Position numbers and translations under genes: made by a program. This document shows, piece after piece, positions 29,381-38,743 of a stretch of DNA of 64,000 nucleotides. This DNA comes from Oscillospiraceae bacterium (GTDB lineage: Bacteria > Bacillota > Clostridia > Oscillospirales > QAMX01). The notes beneath the pieces were generated by a model. That model saw only the letters and a program-made list of their open reading frames with translations, was not told where the DNA came from and did not search any database. Every line of letters begins with the position of its first letter. Positions within the stretch are counted from its first letter, which is position 1. The stretch spans positions 8,312 through 72,311 of the forward strand of contig SVLY01000005.1 of the NCBI GenBank assembly GCA_015067715.1, written 5' to 3'.

Positions 29381-30502
29381 TTAAAACAGCTTCATGACCT
29401 CGGCCTCGAACTCACGGGCGGTGACGGCACCGGCGCCGAGTCCGGAGGTGACGTTTTTGAACAGTACGGCGCACATATCCAGCTTGCGGTCCACGAAGAA
29501 ATGTGTCTCGTAAGCGCCGCTCCAGCCAAATGCGCCGGGGTTCAGCACCTGCCAGTCCTGTTTCACCTGAATGACCCGGACGGAAATGCCCCATTCCTCC
29601 CATGCGCCGCAACGGATAGCTTCGGGAAGGGTGGAGGTGGCCATGGCGTCCACGCTCTCGGGGGAGAGAACGCGGACTCCGTCCACTTCGCCGCTTCCGC
29701 AGAGCATGCGGGCAAATTTGGTGTAGTCGGCAAGTGTGGAATACATCTGAGTTCCGCCGCAGCGGTAGGTGGGCGGAACATTGGGCAGAATTATCTGCTC
29801 GGGACGGGAGGGGACGATATTGCCCTCGGCGCAGTGGTACATCACCGCAAGGCGGCTCTCCTGTTCGCTTGAGAGCTCATAAACCGTGTCCTCCATGCCG
29901 AGGGGGTCGAGAATATACTTTTTGATAAAGGCGAAATATTCCATGCCGGAGGCTATCTCAACGATGCGGCAGGCAACGTCAAAGGCCATTGTGGCGGAAT
30001 AGCCGGTGGCCGTGCGGGGCTCCCAGTCGAGAGGCTGGCGGGCGTAGTGGGGAATGCCGGTGGCAAGAGTGTCCTCAAGGGTGATACGGGCAAGCGCCTC
30101 TGTGGGGACGGTGCCCATGCCAATGCCGCTGGTGTGGTTCAAAAGATCCAGAACGGTGAGGTGATTTGTAAAGGGGTGGGTGCCCACTACCTTGCCGTCC
30201 TCGATATCCGCGACCATGAGGTCGGCAAATTCGGGGAGATACTTTTCAACAGGGTCGCCAAGGCTCAAAAGCCCCAGCTCCTGGGCCTTGAGCACGGCAA
30301 CACCGGTGATGGGCTTTGTCATGGATGCAAGGCGCATTATTGTTTTGGGGGTGATGGGCAGGTCTTTTTCAATATTTGCGTGGCCGATGCAGTTTTCGTA
30401 AAGGGTCTTTCCGCCCGCGACCACGGTATAGGCCGCTCCGGGCATGTCCTTTTCGGAGATATGTTTTTCAAGTATTCTGTCAAAGCTTTCAAGTGTTGCC
30501 AT
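29381..30502 (-). CDS. Serine hydrolase, beta-lactamase (class C/esterase) family
   Basis: ORF trimmed to the Met of MATLESFD. It has an SxxK nucleophile motif (LASMTKPITG) and no signal peptide. Confidence 0.75.
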   Translation of the reverse strand: MATLESFDRILEKHISEKDMPGAAYTVVAGGKTLYENCIGHANIEKDLPITPKTIMRLASMTKPITGVAVLKAQELGLLSLGDPVEKYLPEFADLMVADIEDGKVVGTHPFTNHLTVLDLLNHTSGIGMGTVPTEALARITLEDTLATGIPHYARQPLDWEPRTATGYSATMAFDVACRIVEIASGMEYFAFIKKYILDPLGMEDTVYELSSEQESRLAVMYHCAEGNIVPSRPEQIILPNVPPTYRCGGTQMYSTLADYTKFARMLCGSGEVDGVRVLSPESVDAMATSTLPEAIRCGAWEEWGISVRVIQVKQDWQVLNPGAFGWSGAYETHFFVDRKLDMCAVLFKNVTSGLGAGAVTAREFEAEVMKLF

Positions 30503-30603
30503 GTTTTTTTCAGTCCTTTCGGGTAACTTCGGAGAACAGGTATAAGTTACCACAAACGGGGGTGGATGTCAATTGTTTTTTGAAGGTGAAGTATTCTCTT
30601 TGC

Positions 30604-30632
30604 TTGACAAAGAAGTCCGCCGGGAATATAAT
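30604..30632 (+). promoter_or_regulatory. Consensus sigma-A promoter
   Basis: TTGACA (30604-30609), 17 nt, TATAAT (30627-30632), upstream of CDS 30656. Confidence 0.55.
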
Positions 30633-30655
30633 TATAGGGATGAAAATGGTAGTTT

Positions 30656-32266
30656 GTGAGGTATTTTGCCGTGAAAATAAGACTTCCCGACCTGGTCAGC
30701 GTTTATACCGACGGCGGCGTCTTCCAAAGCAAATGGGAGGACGGAGAGCTCTTTCTCGGCCTTGAGGGCGATGTTCTGTCCGTTCGGGTGTGCTCCGGAA
30801 AGACCGGTCTGCGCTACGTGCGGCTGAGATGGACCTTTTCCAAAAACGAAAAGAGAAACGAGCCCCTCCGCATCTACGGCGACGCATGGGAGCGGGCGGG
30901 GGGAGACCTTGAGTGGCGCGGGATCGTGCCGGAGAGGTGCATGCCCTGGTTTTGCCTGGTTTCAAACGGCACGGACAGCGATCCGGACACGGCAGGGCGC
31001 TTTACCGAGGGATTCGGTGTTGAGGTCTGCCCCGGGGCGATGTGCTTCTGGCAGTACGACTCCGCCGGGATAACCCTCTGGCTGGACGCAAGGTGCGGCG
31101 GCGAGGGAGTTCTGCTTTCCGGAAGGGAGCTCTGCCTTGCCCGGGTGGTCTTTGGCGAATACCGCAACTGCTCTGCATTTTCTGCAGGGAAGCTCTTTTG
31201 CCGTGAGATGAGCCCGGAGCCAAAGCCCCTTACCGCTCCGGTATACGGCTCGAACAACTGGTATTACGCCTACGGAAACAGCTCTGCCGAAGAGATAAAA
31301 AAGGACACCGCCGTTGCCGCAGAGCTTTGCGCCGGGCTTTCCAACCGCCCGTTTATGGTCATTGACGACGGCTGGACACAAAATCCCAAAAACGGCCCGT
31401 GGGATCGGGGCGGAGAGTCTTTTGGGGATATGGCCGCCCTTGCCCGGGAGATCAAAAGCCAAAATGTGCGTCCCGGCATATGGGTGAGATACGTCTACGA
31501 CCAGGGCGGAGTGTGTGACCTGCCAAAAGAGTGGCACTATCCCCACGACGGGGATTTTCTGGACGTATCCCGTCCGGAGGTTTTGGAATACGTTCGCAAG
31601 ACCACGGAGCGCTTCGTGGATTGGGGCTACGAGCTTATAAAATTCGACTGCTCAACTCAGGACATCCTTGGCAGACGGGGCTACCGCGTGCCCTACGGCA
31701 TTGCCGCCGACGGCTGGAGCTTTTACGACCGTTCAAAAACCACCGCAGAGATAATCACGGATTTTTACAGGGCAGTAAGAGCGGGCGCGGGAGAGAAGAC
31801 CGTGCTCATCGGCTGTGCAACTCTTTCCCATCTTTCTGCGGGCATCGTGGAGATCGGCCGCACCGGCGCGGACATCAACGGCGTGAACTGGGACATAACC
31901 CGGAGAATGGGCGTGAACACTCTTGCCTTCCGCATGATGCACCACCGGGCTCTTTTTGATGCGGATGCAGACTGCGTTGGCATAACGGGGGAGCTTCCCT
32001 GGGAAAAGATACGTCAGTGGCTGTTTATTCTGTCCCGGAGCGGGACTCCGCTGTTCGTATCCTGCAAGCCGGGAGTGCTGAACGATGCTCAGCTTGAAGA
32101 GCTGAGAGAGGCCTTCCGGGTGAACTCGGTTCAGAAGGATGAGCTCATACCCCTGGACTGGATGGAAAACGTCTGTCCGGAGAGGTGGAGCCTTAACGGA
32201 GAAGAGATTTGCTTTGACTGGTTTGACGGGACTGTGAACACCATGTTTACGGGAAGAGAAATATGA
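30656..32266 (+). CDS. GH27/GH36-like (clan GH-D, alpha-galactosidase-like) glycoside hydrolase, paralog 1
   Basis: NNWYYAYG, FMVIDDGW, RPGIWVR and ELIKFDC (a KxD nucleophile-like motif) resemble melibiase-type catalytic barrels. GTG start. No signal peptide. This is a family-level call only. Confidence 0.55.
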   Translation: MRYFAVKIRLPDLVSVYTDGGVFQSKWEDGELFLGLEGDVLSVRVCSGKTGLRYVRLRWTFSKNEKRNEPLRIYGDAWERAGGDLEWRGIVPERCMPWFCLVSNGTDSDPDTAGRFTEGFGVEVCPGAMCFWQYDSAGITLWLDARCGGEGVLLSGRELCLARVVFGEYRNCSAFSAGKLFCREMSPEPKPLTAPVYGSNNWYYAYGNSSAEEIKKDTAVAAELCAGLSNRPFMVIDDGWTQNPKNGPWDRGGESFGDMAALAREIKSQNVRPGIWVRYVYDQGGVCDLPKEWHYPHDGDFLDVSRPEVLEYVRKTTERFVDWGYELIKFDCSTQDILGRRGYRVPYGIAADGWSFYDRSKTTAEIITDFYRAVRAGAGEKTVLIGCATLSHLSAGIVEIGRTGADINGVNWDITRRMGVNTLAFRMMHHRALFDADADCVGITGELPWEKIRQWLFILSRSGTPLFVSCKPGVLNDAQLEELREAFRVNSVQKDELIPLDWMENVCPERWSLNGEEICFDWFDGTVNTMFTGREI

Positions 32267-32925
32267 GATTTAATGAGCAGTATATACGTGAATATCTGAA
32301 ATATTCGGACGTGTTAGCCGTTGGCGTGAGCTATTACCTTGAGCGTAAGCCGGAGCTGCCGAGAGAACAGGCCGAAGAAAAGGCTTTGAAATACACCCTT
32401 AAGCAATGCCGCCGCAGATACCTCCGTGACCGACTTGACGGGGAAGCCGGACACAGAGCCGCCTTTGCAGAGTTTGAAGAGGACGTTCACGACGGGTGGT
32501 ATTTCTGTCCCAAAGACAGGGCGAAAGAGGTTGAAAAGCAGAGAAGAAAAAAGGAAGAAGAAAAGCTGAAACGCAGACAGAGGGAAAACGAGCGTGTACG
32601 CGTTGAGGCTCTCCGCGAGAAATGCGCCCGGAAGGGTTTGGATTTTGAGAGAGAAAATATCAAACAGCTCAGACGCTTCCGTTTGAAAAAACGGTTGAGA
32701 AGCATTGTGGTGACGGCGCTTGGAATCCCGAATGTCCTTTGTCTGGCGGTTATTATTATCTACAGTCTCATAACCCGGGGATACTCTTCGGGGACAGAGA
32801 TCGAAGCCTTTATTTTCTGGGTTTTCGCGGGATGGGTGGTCACAGGTGTTCCGGGACTTTTACTGTTGCGCGGTGAGCGAAAAGATCTTCCGGACGAGGC
32901 CTTTGACGTTCTGAAAAAGAAATGA
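32263..32925 (+). CDS. Hypothetical protein: charged coiled-coil region plus two C-terminal TM helices
   Basis: ATGA start/stop overlap with the upstream gene. It has a KR/E-rich segment (EKQRRKKEEEKLKRRQRENERVRVEALREK) and then hydrophobic helices. Confidence 0.5.
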   Translation: MRFNEQYIREYLKYSDVLAVGVSYYLERKPELPREQAEEKALKYTLKQCRRRYLRDRLDGEAGHRAAFAEFEEDVHDGWYFCPKDRAKEVEKQRRKKEEEKLKRRQRENERVRVEALREKCARKGLDFERENIKQLRRFRLKKRLRSIVVTALGIPNVLCLAVIIIYSLITRGYSSGTEIEAFIFWVFAGWVVTGVPGLLLLRGERKDLPDEAFDVLKKK

Positions 32926-32968
32926 ACAGGTTTTTGGGGATTATTGCCATAAGGACGGTGACACTCTG

Positions 32969-33547
32969 ATGGGTACGAAGGGCGATGCGGCCCGTGAGCG
33001 GATACTTTTTTGCGCAAGAGAGCTTTTTGCCGCAAAAGGCTATTCCCGGGTGACGATGAAGGATATTTGCGAAAGCGTGGGTATGTCCCGGGGCGGTGTG
33101 TACCGCTATTTTCCCTCCACCGAGGCGATCTTCGGCGCGCTGATCGAAAAGGAGCAGAACACCGCGCTGAGAGCGCTCCGGGTGGCAGAGAAAAACGGAG
33201 TCTCTCCGGCGTCCATTCTGATGACCTACATTAAAAACCGCATAGATATGACCCTTGATAAAAACGGAAACATAGAAAACGCCATCACAGAATACGCCGC
33301 CAACAGCGAGGAGGGCAAGCGCATTCTTGCGGAGAGGGCAAGGCTTTGCGTTCGCATCGTTGCCGAGCAGATCGAGCGCGGCCGCCGGGCAGGGCAGTTT
33401 ACCGCCCAGGACAGCGAAAGCGCCGCAAGGATAATCGTCTGGCTTTTAGAGGGCATGGCAAAGCATAACGCCCTTATCCCCCTCACCCGGGCGGACATAA
33501 ACGGACTTTTGCGCCACGTTTCCGGAATTTTGGGCTTTGAGATGTAA
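32969..33547 (+). CDS. TetR/AcrR family transcriptional regulator
   Basis: RERILFCARELFAAKGYSRVTMKDICESVGMSRGGVYRYFPS is a TetR HTH. Confidence 0.85.
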   Translation: MGTKGDAARERILFCARELFAAKGYSRVTMKDICESVGMSRGGVYRYFPSTEAIFGALIEKEQNTALRALRVAEKNGVSPASILMTYIKNRIDMTLDKNGNIENAITEYAANSEEGKRILAERARLCVRIVAEQIERGRRAGQFTAQDSESAARIIVWLLEGMAKHNALIPLTRADINGLLRHVSGILGFEM

Positions 33548-33553
33548 ACAGGT

Positions 33554-33596
33554 AAAAAAGGTGTTCTTCCCCGTTTTGAGGAAGAACACCTTTTTT
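33554..33596. terminator. Bidirectional intrinsic terminator
   Basis: 17-nt arms aaaaaaggtgttcttcc (33554-33570) / ggaagaacacctttttt (33580-33596). Confidence 0.75.
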
Positions 33597-33599
33597 GCA

Positions 33600-34073
33600 T
33601 CAGATGGAAAACTTGTAAACTCCGGGGGCGCTGTTTTCGATCACCTGAGCGCCGACGGTCCTGGCGTAGAACTCCGTGGGTCCAACGTCGCCGATAACGG
33701 CGTAGCCAAAGCCCTCGTCCCGCATGGCCTCAAGGCATCTTAAAAGCAGTGCAGTTCCGATGCCGCCGCCCCGGGCTTCTTTTTTTACCCCGGTGGGGCC
33801 GAAAAAGTTTTTGTAGGTGCAATCGTAACCCGCAAAGCCTAAAATCTCACCATGGGCTCTGTCCACGGCGACGAAACAGCTTATGGGGTGGGTGCCGAAG
33901 GCCATTGCGGTCTCCGTTGACCAGCCCTGACCGAAGTTTTCTTTTATCCAGTCCAGAACCTTATCCCGGTTAAAGGACATGGGACGGACTATTTCAATAT
34001 TGCGTTCTTTAAGGCGGCTGTAGATATCCCGGGAGTCGGGAAGATCGTAAAGCCGCACGAGCATATCTGCCAT
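33600..34073 (-). CDS. GNAT family N-acetyltransferase
   Basis: An acetyl-CoA binding pattern, VKKEARGGGIGTALLLRCLEAM, in a protein of about 157 aa. Confidence 0.8.
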   Translation of the reverse strand: MADMLVRLYDLPDSRDIYSRLKERNIEIVRPMSFNRDKVLDWIKENFGQGWSTETAMAFGTHPISCFVAVDRAHGEILGFAGYDCTYKNFFGPTGVKKEARGGGIGTALLLRCLEAMRDEGFGYAVIGDVGPTEFYARTVGAQVIENSAPGVYKFSI

Positions 34074-34094
34074 GGGGCTCTCCTTTTCTTATCC

Positions 34095-35663
34095 TCAGAC
34101 GTTGTCCTTGCCCACGGCGTAGGAGCTGTTCATAACGTTGTCCAGAAGTCTGGGGTAGAAATCCTGAACGAAGTCGAACTCAACCTTTTCGCCGTTGATG
34201 AGCCAGGTCTGGGGCTGGTTGTTGTATTCCCAATCAAGGGGGATGGCAACGTCCGTCTGTTTTTCGGCAAGGGCAAAGGCGGCGCGCATTTCCCCGAAGG
34301 CCTCACCGTCCAGTCCGCCGGCGGGGCAGGAGATGAACAGGGGAGTGCCGCTGAGGGAGAGAAGCTTAGTCCATTCACGGTTCAGCTTCCAGTCGATCTT
34401 GCCGGGAATAATGCCAACACAGTCCGCATCGGCCATGTAAAAGGCTCTGTTCTGGGGCAGGCGGAAGGCAAGCGCGTTAACGCCCATGGCACGGGTGCGG
34501 TTCCAGTCGGTGCCGCTGGTGTCGTCGCCCACCCGGGAGATCTCCACAAGTCCGGCAGAGAGGTGGGAGATGGTGTTACAGCCGATGATCAGAGTATCTC
34601 CGGCGGCCTCGCGGATGAGGGTGTAGAGGTCGAGAACGATCTCCGCAGAGGTCCTGGTGTTGTCCGCAAAGCTCCAGTTGCGAATGCGGCTTATTGCGCC
34701 GTTGAAGTCGTAGCCGAACTGTCCGAAGAGGTCGAAGGTGGTGTAGTCGTGCTTGATAAGCTCATAGCCCCACTCCTTCACACGGGCAATGACCTCGCGG
34801 ATGAGCGCCTGGACCTGGGGCACGGTGGGGTCCAGGTACTGGTTACGGACGGTCCACTCGGGGTGAGCTTGTTCAAGGGCGGTATCGTGCAAAAAACGCA
34901 CCCAAATACCGGGGCGTACGCCCTTTGCCCGCATTTCGTCGGCAAGCTTTTTCATGTCTCCGAATTTTTCGTTGGGAAGCCAGGGACCGTCACAGGAATT
35001 TTCCTGCCAGCCGTCGTCTATGACCATAAAGGGGCGGACCTTGTTTCCCCGGGCAAGGTCGGCAATAAGTCCGGCGTCGCTGAGAATTTCCGGAGCAGAG
35101 CTTTTTCCGTAGGCGTAATACCAGTTGTTTCCGCCGTAGACGGGCTCTTTGGGGAGAATGGGATCGGGGCAGAGCTCACGGCAGAAGGTGCAGGCGGCGG
35201 AGAAGCTGTCCGTAGCTTTGTATTCACGGGTTATGACCGTGGCAAGCTTGATCTCGCGGCCGTTCAGGTGAACGCCAAGGTCGCCGTTTCGAACGTCGAA
35301 CCAGCCGGAAACACCGGAGGCGTCGTATTCGAAGCTGACGAAGGAGGCGGGTCTTGTCATAACGCCGCAGCCAACTGTGTCGGTGCCGTCTGTGGCAATG
35401 AAATACCAGGGCATGAATTTTTCACCGTCCAGCCCCTTAAAGGAGAGGTCGGCATAGGCTCGCTCCCACTTGTCCCCAAGCACGCGCACGGGGCGGGAGG
35501 TTCTGTGGTTCCAGCGGAGGGAGACGTATCTGGGAAGGGACTTATCTGCGGTGAGATAGACCTCAAGGCCGGTCCCGGTAAGCTCATAGCGAAGGGTGGC
35601 GTCTGTGTTGCCGTTTTCGCAGACGATAAAGGAATCGTCGGGGATTCTCTGGATGTTTACCAT
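34095..35663 (-). CDS. GH27/GH36-like glycoside hydrolase, paralog 2
   Basis: ORF trimmed to MVNIQRI, after AAAGGAG. NNWYYAYG, FMVIDDGW, RPGIWVR and ELIKHDY are collinear with CDS 30656..32266. Confidence 0.55.
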   Translation of the reverse strand: MVNIQRIPDDSFIVCENGNTDATLRYELTGTGLEVYLTADKSLPRYVSLRWNHRTSRPVRVLGDKWERAYADLSFKGLDGEKFMPWYFIATDGTDTVGCGVMTRPASFVSFEYDASGVSGWFDVRNGDLGVHLNGREIKLATVITREYKATDSFSAACTFCRELCPDPILPKEPVYGGNNWYYAYGKSSAPEILSDAGLIADLARGNKVRPFMVIDDGWQENSCDGPWLPNEKFGDMKKLADEMRAKGVRPGIWVRFLHDTALEQAHPEWTVRNQYLDPTVPQVQALIREVIARVKEWGYELIKHDYTTFDLFGQFGYDFNGAISRIRNWSFADNTRTSAEIVLDLYTLIREAAGDTLIIGCNTISHLSAGLVEISRVGDDTSGTDWNRTRAMGVNALAFRLPQNRAFYMADADCVGIIPGKIDWKLNREWTKLLSLSGTPLFISCPAGGLDGEAFGEMRAAFALAEKQTDVAIPLDWEYNNQPQTWLINGEKVEFDFVQDFYPRLLDNVMNSSYAVGKDNV

Positions 35664-35740
35664 AGCTTCAGCTCCTTTTATCCTGAAAGAGATAAGTAGA
35701 GTATACACTTTTTTTATCCCCGTTGCAATACGTTTGACCA

Positions 35741-35767
35741 AAAAAATGGATGGGGATACCCCCATCC
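35741..35767 (-). terminator. Intrinsic terminator after the BlaR1-like gene
   Basis: Reverse strand: stem ggatgggg/ccccatcc (35748-35767) followed by a T-run (complement of 35741-35746). Confidence 0.6.
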
Positions 35768-35778
35768 GAAAAAAGGAA

Positions 35779-37065
35779 CTATTCCGGCAACGCCGCTCCG
35801 GGAGAAGCGTAAACACATACCCAGCTTCCGTTTTTGTTCTGTTGCATCACCACCCCCGTTGTGGCGCGGATCCAGCCAAGGTATTTCCCCGTGCCTGCGG
35901 TCTCAAGGTAGCCCGGAGAGTAGGTTTCCGGATCCTGGGGCAGAACGTGGAAGGATACCCAGCATATGGCGCTTTTGCCATCGGCGCTTATCTCGCCGAT
36001 GGAGTAGCTGTAGATATCTATTTCAACGGTCTTGCCCGTGAACATATCGGTCTTGCCGGGGTCGTAGGAAAGGCGGATGACCTCCTCCAGCCTGCCGTTT
36101 TCGTGCATTCCCGAGGCAACGGAGGCAAGGTGCTCCCTCAGCGATGCCCGGGAAAGTTCAGCTCCGGTGAGAGTGGCTCCTGCGGAAAAAAGAAGCATCA
36201 AAACCGCCAGCAGGGCGGCTAAAAGCTTCGTGCGGGGTTTTTTTGCAAGGCTAACGATCCGCCGCTTCAGATTCAGCCCGGGGCGGTTCAGCGCCGTTGC
36301 GGAGACGAGGGGAGAAAGGCTTTTGTCCGTGGACATTCCGATAAGGGTCTTTCCGTAATTCCAGCGGGCATCTTCCCCAAGACGGCGTACCGTGCCCTCG
36401 TCACAGGCCATCTCCGCATCCTCGGCGGAAAGCGCCGCTCCCAGCCACACCAGGGGGTTAAACCAGTGTACGCAGATGCAAAGACATCTCAGCGCAGACC
36501 AGATATGATCCCCGTGAAGAAAGTGGGTCTGCTCGTGGACGAGAGTGTGGGTGAAAAACCCGGGATCTTCTGCCCGGGGAGAGGGAACGTAGATCTTCGG
36601 ACGAATAAAGCCGAAAAGACAGGGAGAGCTGACCCCGGCGGTCTCATAAACGGGAATAATACAGCCCTCCACCAAAACGGGTCTTCGGTCGCGTTTGAGC
36701 CCGCGTGAGAATCTGAGGTTTGAATATGCAAAGATTCCGGCGGTGATCACGCTTCCCGTTGCCCAGAGAACGGCGAAAACGGCCTTTGCCCCGGGCTTGT
36801 TTTGGGTCTCCGGCGCCGGAGCGGGAGCGGGGAGCGCCTCCGGGGAAAGCTCAGCTTCTCCAAGGACGTATTCGGTCTGCTTTTCGGGGACGAGGTTCAA
36901 AACGCTTAGCCGGCTTTGAAAAAGATTAAAGGGCAAAAGCAGCCGGATCAGAACTATTGCCCACACGCAGTAGATAAGCCGTGGGTCGATCCTTTTGCGA
37001 AAGACAGCCCGAAGGGCTGTTACTGCCAAAATCAGCAGAGAGGAGGTTATTATCCAGTTGAGCAT
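35779..37065 (-). CDS. BlaR1-like M56 family membrane metalloprotease/signal transducer without a penicillin-binding sensor domain
   Basis: It has N-terminal TM helices, the zinc motif LVHEQTHFLHGDH and FNPLVW. The C-terminal extracytoplasmic domain is only about 130 aa and has no SxxK. Confidence 0.8.
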   Translation of the reverse strand: MLNWIITSSLLILAVTALRAVFRKRIDPRLIYCVWAIVLIRLLLPFNLFQSRLSVLNLVPEKQTEYVLGEAELSPEALPAPAPAPETQNKPGAKAVFAVLWATGSVITAGIFAYSNLRFSRGLKRDRRPVLVEGCIIPVYETAGVSSPCLFGFIRPKIYVPSPRAEDPGFFTHTLVHEQTHFLHGDHIWSALRCLCICVHWFNPLVWLGAALSAEDAEMACDEGTVRRLGEDARWNYGKTLIGMSTDKSLSPLVSATALNRPGLNLKRRIVSLAKKPRTKLLAALLAVLMLLFSAGATLTGAELSRASLREHLASVASGMHENGRLEEVIRLSYDPGKTDMFTGKTVEIDIYSYSIGEISADGKSAICWVSFHVLPQDPETYSPGYLETAGTGKYLGWIRATTGVVMQQNKNGSWVCVYASPGAALPE

Positions 37066-37098
37066 TTTGTTTCTCCTTTTGTCTGGGGGAAAGGAGAC

Positions 37099-37500
37099 TC
37101 AGCGGTTCATGCTTTCCTCTTCGGCGCGGCGAAGAATTTCGTAAAGCTCCGCGATCTCTTCCCCGGTTAGATTTTGTTTTTGGGTGACAGCGCTGAGCAT
37201 CATACTCACACTGCCCTTGTAGACTCTGTCTAAAATGCTTTCCGTCTCGGCCAAAAGGGCATCGTCCCGGCGGATAAGGGGGGAGTAAAGTGTGACTGCG
37301 CCGGAATCGTCGGCGAGGATATAGCCCTTTTCGGTCATGCGGCGTATCATTGTGAGAGAGGTGCTCCTGCTCCAGGAGACCCTTGCTTCAAGATATTTCG
37401 AGATCTCTCTTCCGGTGAGAGGCGAGCGCTCCCAGAGGCTCTCCATAAGATACCATTCTGCCGGGGTAAGAGATATTGCTCCGTTTTTCAAGTTTATCAC
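37099..37500 (-). CDS. BlaI/MecI/CopY family transcriptional repressor
   Basis: ISLTPAEWYLMESLWERSPLTGREISKYL...WSRSTSLTMIRRMTEKGYI is a winged-helix penicillinase-repressor pattern. The start is GTG 37500 or TTG 9 nt downstream. Confidence 0.85.
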   Translation of the reverse strand: MINLKNGAISLTPAEWYLMESLWERSPLTGREISKYLEARVSWSRSTSLTMIRRMTEKGYILADDSGAVTLYSPLIRRDDALLAETESILDRVYKGSVSMMLSAVTQKQNLTGEEIAELYEILRRAEEESMNR

Positions 37501-37523
37501 TCCAGTAAAGAATTCTTGATTTT

Positions 37524-37552
37524 ATTGTACAATATTCATCTGCTTTTTTCAA
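37524..37552 (-). promoter_or_regulatory. Internal promoter for the blaI/blaR1-like pair, with a palindrome over the -10
   Basis: Reverse strand: TTGAAA (37547-37552), 17 nt, TACAAT (37524-37529). The perfect palindrome ATTGTACAAT spans 37524-37533. Confidence 0.5.
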
Positions 37553-38726
37553 GCTCCGCGGTGACGAACAGGTCCTTTTGGGAGGAGAGATAGAAAATAC
37601 AGCTTCCGTTTTCCGTTTTTCCCCCAAGGCGGGACGTGGCAAGGTTGAAATAGGTCTTCGTTCCGGGAAGCTCCCTGGAGGAAAGAGTCGCTTCTTCCGT
37701 TTTCGTGCCGTCGGGGCTTATGCGGAACACGGTGGCCTCAAAGCTCAGCTCGGGGGAGTCCTGCATTGTGACGAGAAAAACGTCCCCCTCCGGGTGGGAA
37801 AAGCAGGCAAAGGGATAGGCCTTTGAAAAGACGGTTCCGCTGAAGATCGCCTTTCCGTCTTTTAGAATGGTGTGGGCGATCTGGTCGGTGTCTGTAAGGC
37901 AGAAAACGTGAAGACCGCCATCATTGTCCAGGGCAACGTCAAAAAATCCCGTGTTCGGAACGGCGTTATCCAGGATCACCTCCGGGTCGCTGACCCTTTG
38001 TTCCGCAGTTCCCGGAGACGAAACGGAAAACCAGACCAGCGTTCCCTCGTGTTCCAGAACCACGTGGGCATTCCCGGGGGAGGAAAAGACCATGTATCCC
38101 CGGGAGGCGGGATAGGCCCTGTTGCAGAATTCCTGCTCGTTCACTGTGCCGGAGGCCACGTCAAGGGTGATGATGAGCGTATTTTCGTCCAGCCCTGCCT
38201 GGGAGGCAATGAGGTAGACTTTTCCCTCTGCCCCCGACGCCGGGTCTGCGCCGACTGTGTATTTCCGCAGGGCGTAGCCGGTTTTGGGATGCCTGACCTC
38301 GTGAAACTCCCCGGTGACCTCGTCGTAGATCCCAAAGACGAGGCCGAACTCCTCGGGAGACAGGGCGATAAGCTTTCCCCTTTGGTTCGAGCACAGGGCA
38401 AGATCCGGCATTTTGCCGCAGGTCTTTCCGCCGAACACCGGCACCCAGCCATCTTCGGTGTGTCTGAGCACGGTATAGTTCTCCGGCAGACCCAGGCCGG
38501 AGGAGCCGTTCCGGCGCATTCCGTCGGTCTGGATGATATAGGTTCCGTAGTCCGTGATGATAACGCCGTTGCTTCCACCAAGGGCGGAGTAAAGAGGTGC
38601 GTCTGTGCTTTCGTCAGCGGCAATGCGGAAGGCCTCGGTGCGCCCAAGGGAAAATCCGGAACCGGCGCATCCGCCAAGCATCACGAGAATGAGCGGCAGA
38701 ATCAGACATAGCAGTTTCTTTTTCAC
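37536..38726 (-). CDS. Lipoprotein of unknown function (paralog B)
   Basis: ORF 37536..38807 trimmed to GTG 38726, after AAGGAG plus 8 nt. It has the lipobox VMLGGC and is collinear with paralog A (LCSN..G.LI, FG..DE.TGEF, DVAS, DG.GLLHVFC). Confidence 0.65.
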   Translation of the reverse strand: MKKKLLCLILPLILVMLGGCAGSGFSLGRTEAFRIAADESTDAPLYSALGGSNGVIITDYGTYIIQTDGMRRNGSSGLGLPENYTVLRHTEDGWVPVFGGKTCGKMPDLALCSNQRGKLIALSPEEFGLVFGIYDEVTGEFHEVRHPKTGYALRKYTVGADPASGAEGKVYLIASQAGLDENTLIITLDVASGTVNEQEFCNRAYPASRGYMVFSSPGNAHVVLEHEGTLVWFSVSSPGTAEQRVSDPEVILDNAVPNTGFFDVALDNDGGLHVFCLTDTDQIAHTILKDGKAIFSGTVFSKAYPFACFSHPEGDVFLVTMQDSPELSFEATVFRISPDGTKTEEATLSSRELPGTKTYFNLATSRLGGKTENGSCIFYLSSQKDLFVTAELEKSR

Positions 38727-38743
38727 GGGGAGCACTCCTTTCG

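Noticed and set aside
35779-37065. Annotating the M56 protein as a beta-lactam sensor BlaR1/MecR1.
   Set aside because: The extracellular C-terminal domain is about 130 aa and has no SxxK or KTG motifs. It is far shorter than a penicillin-binding transpeptidase-like sensor. Only the M56 protease part is homologous.
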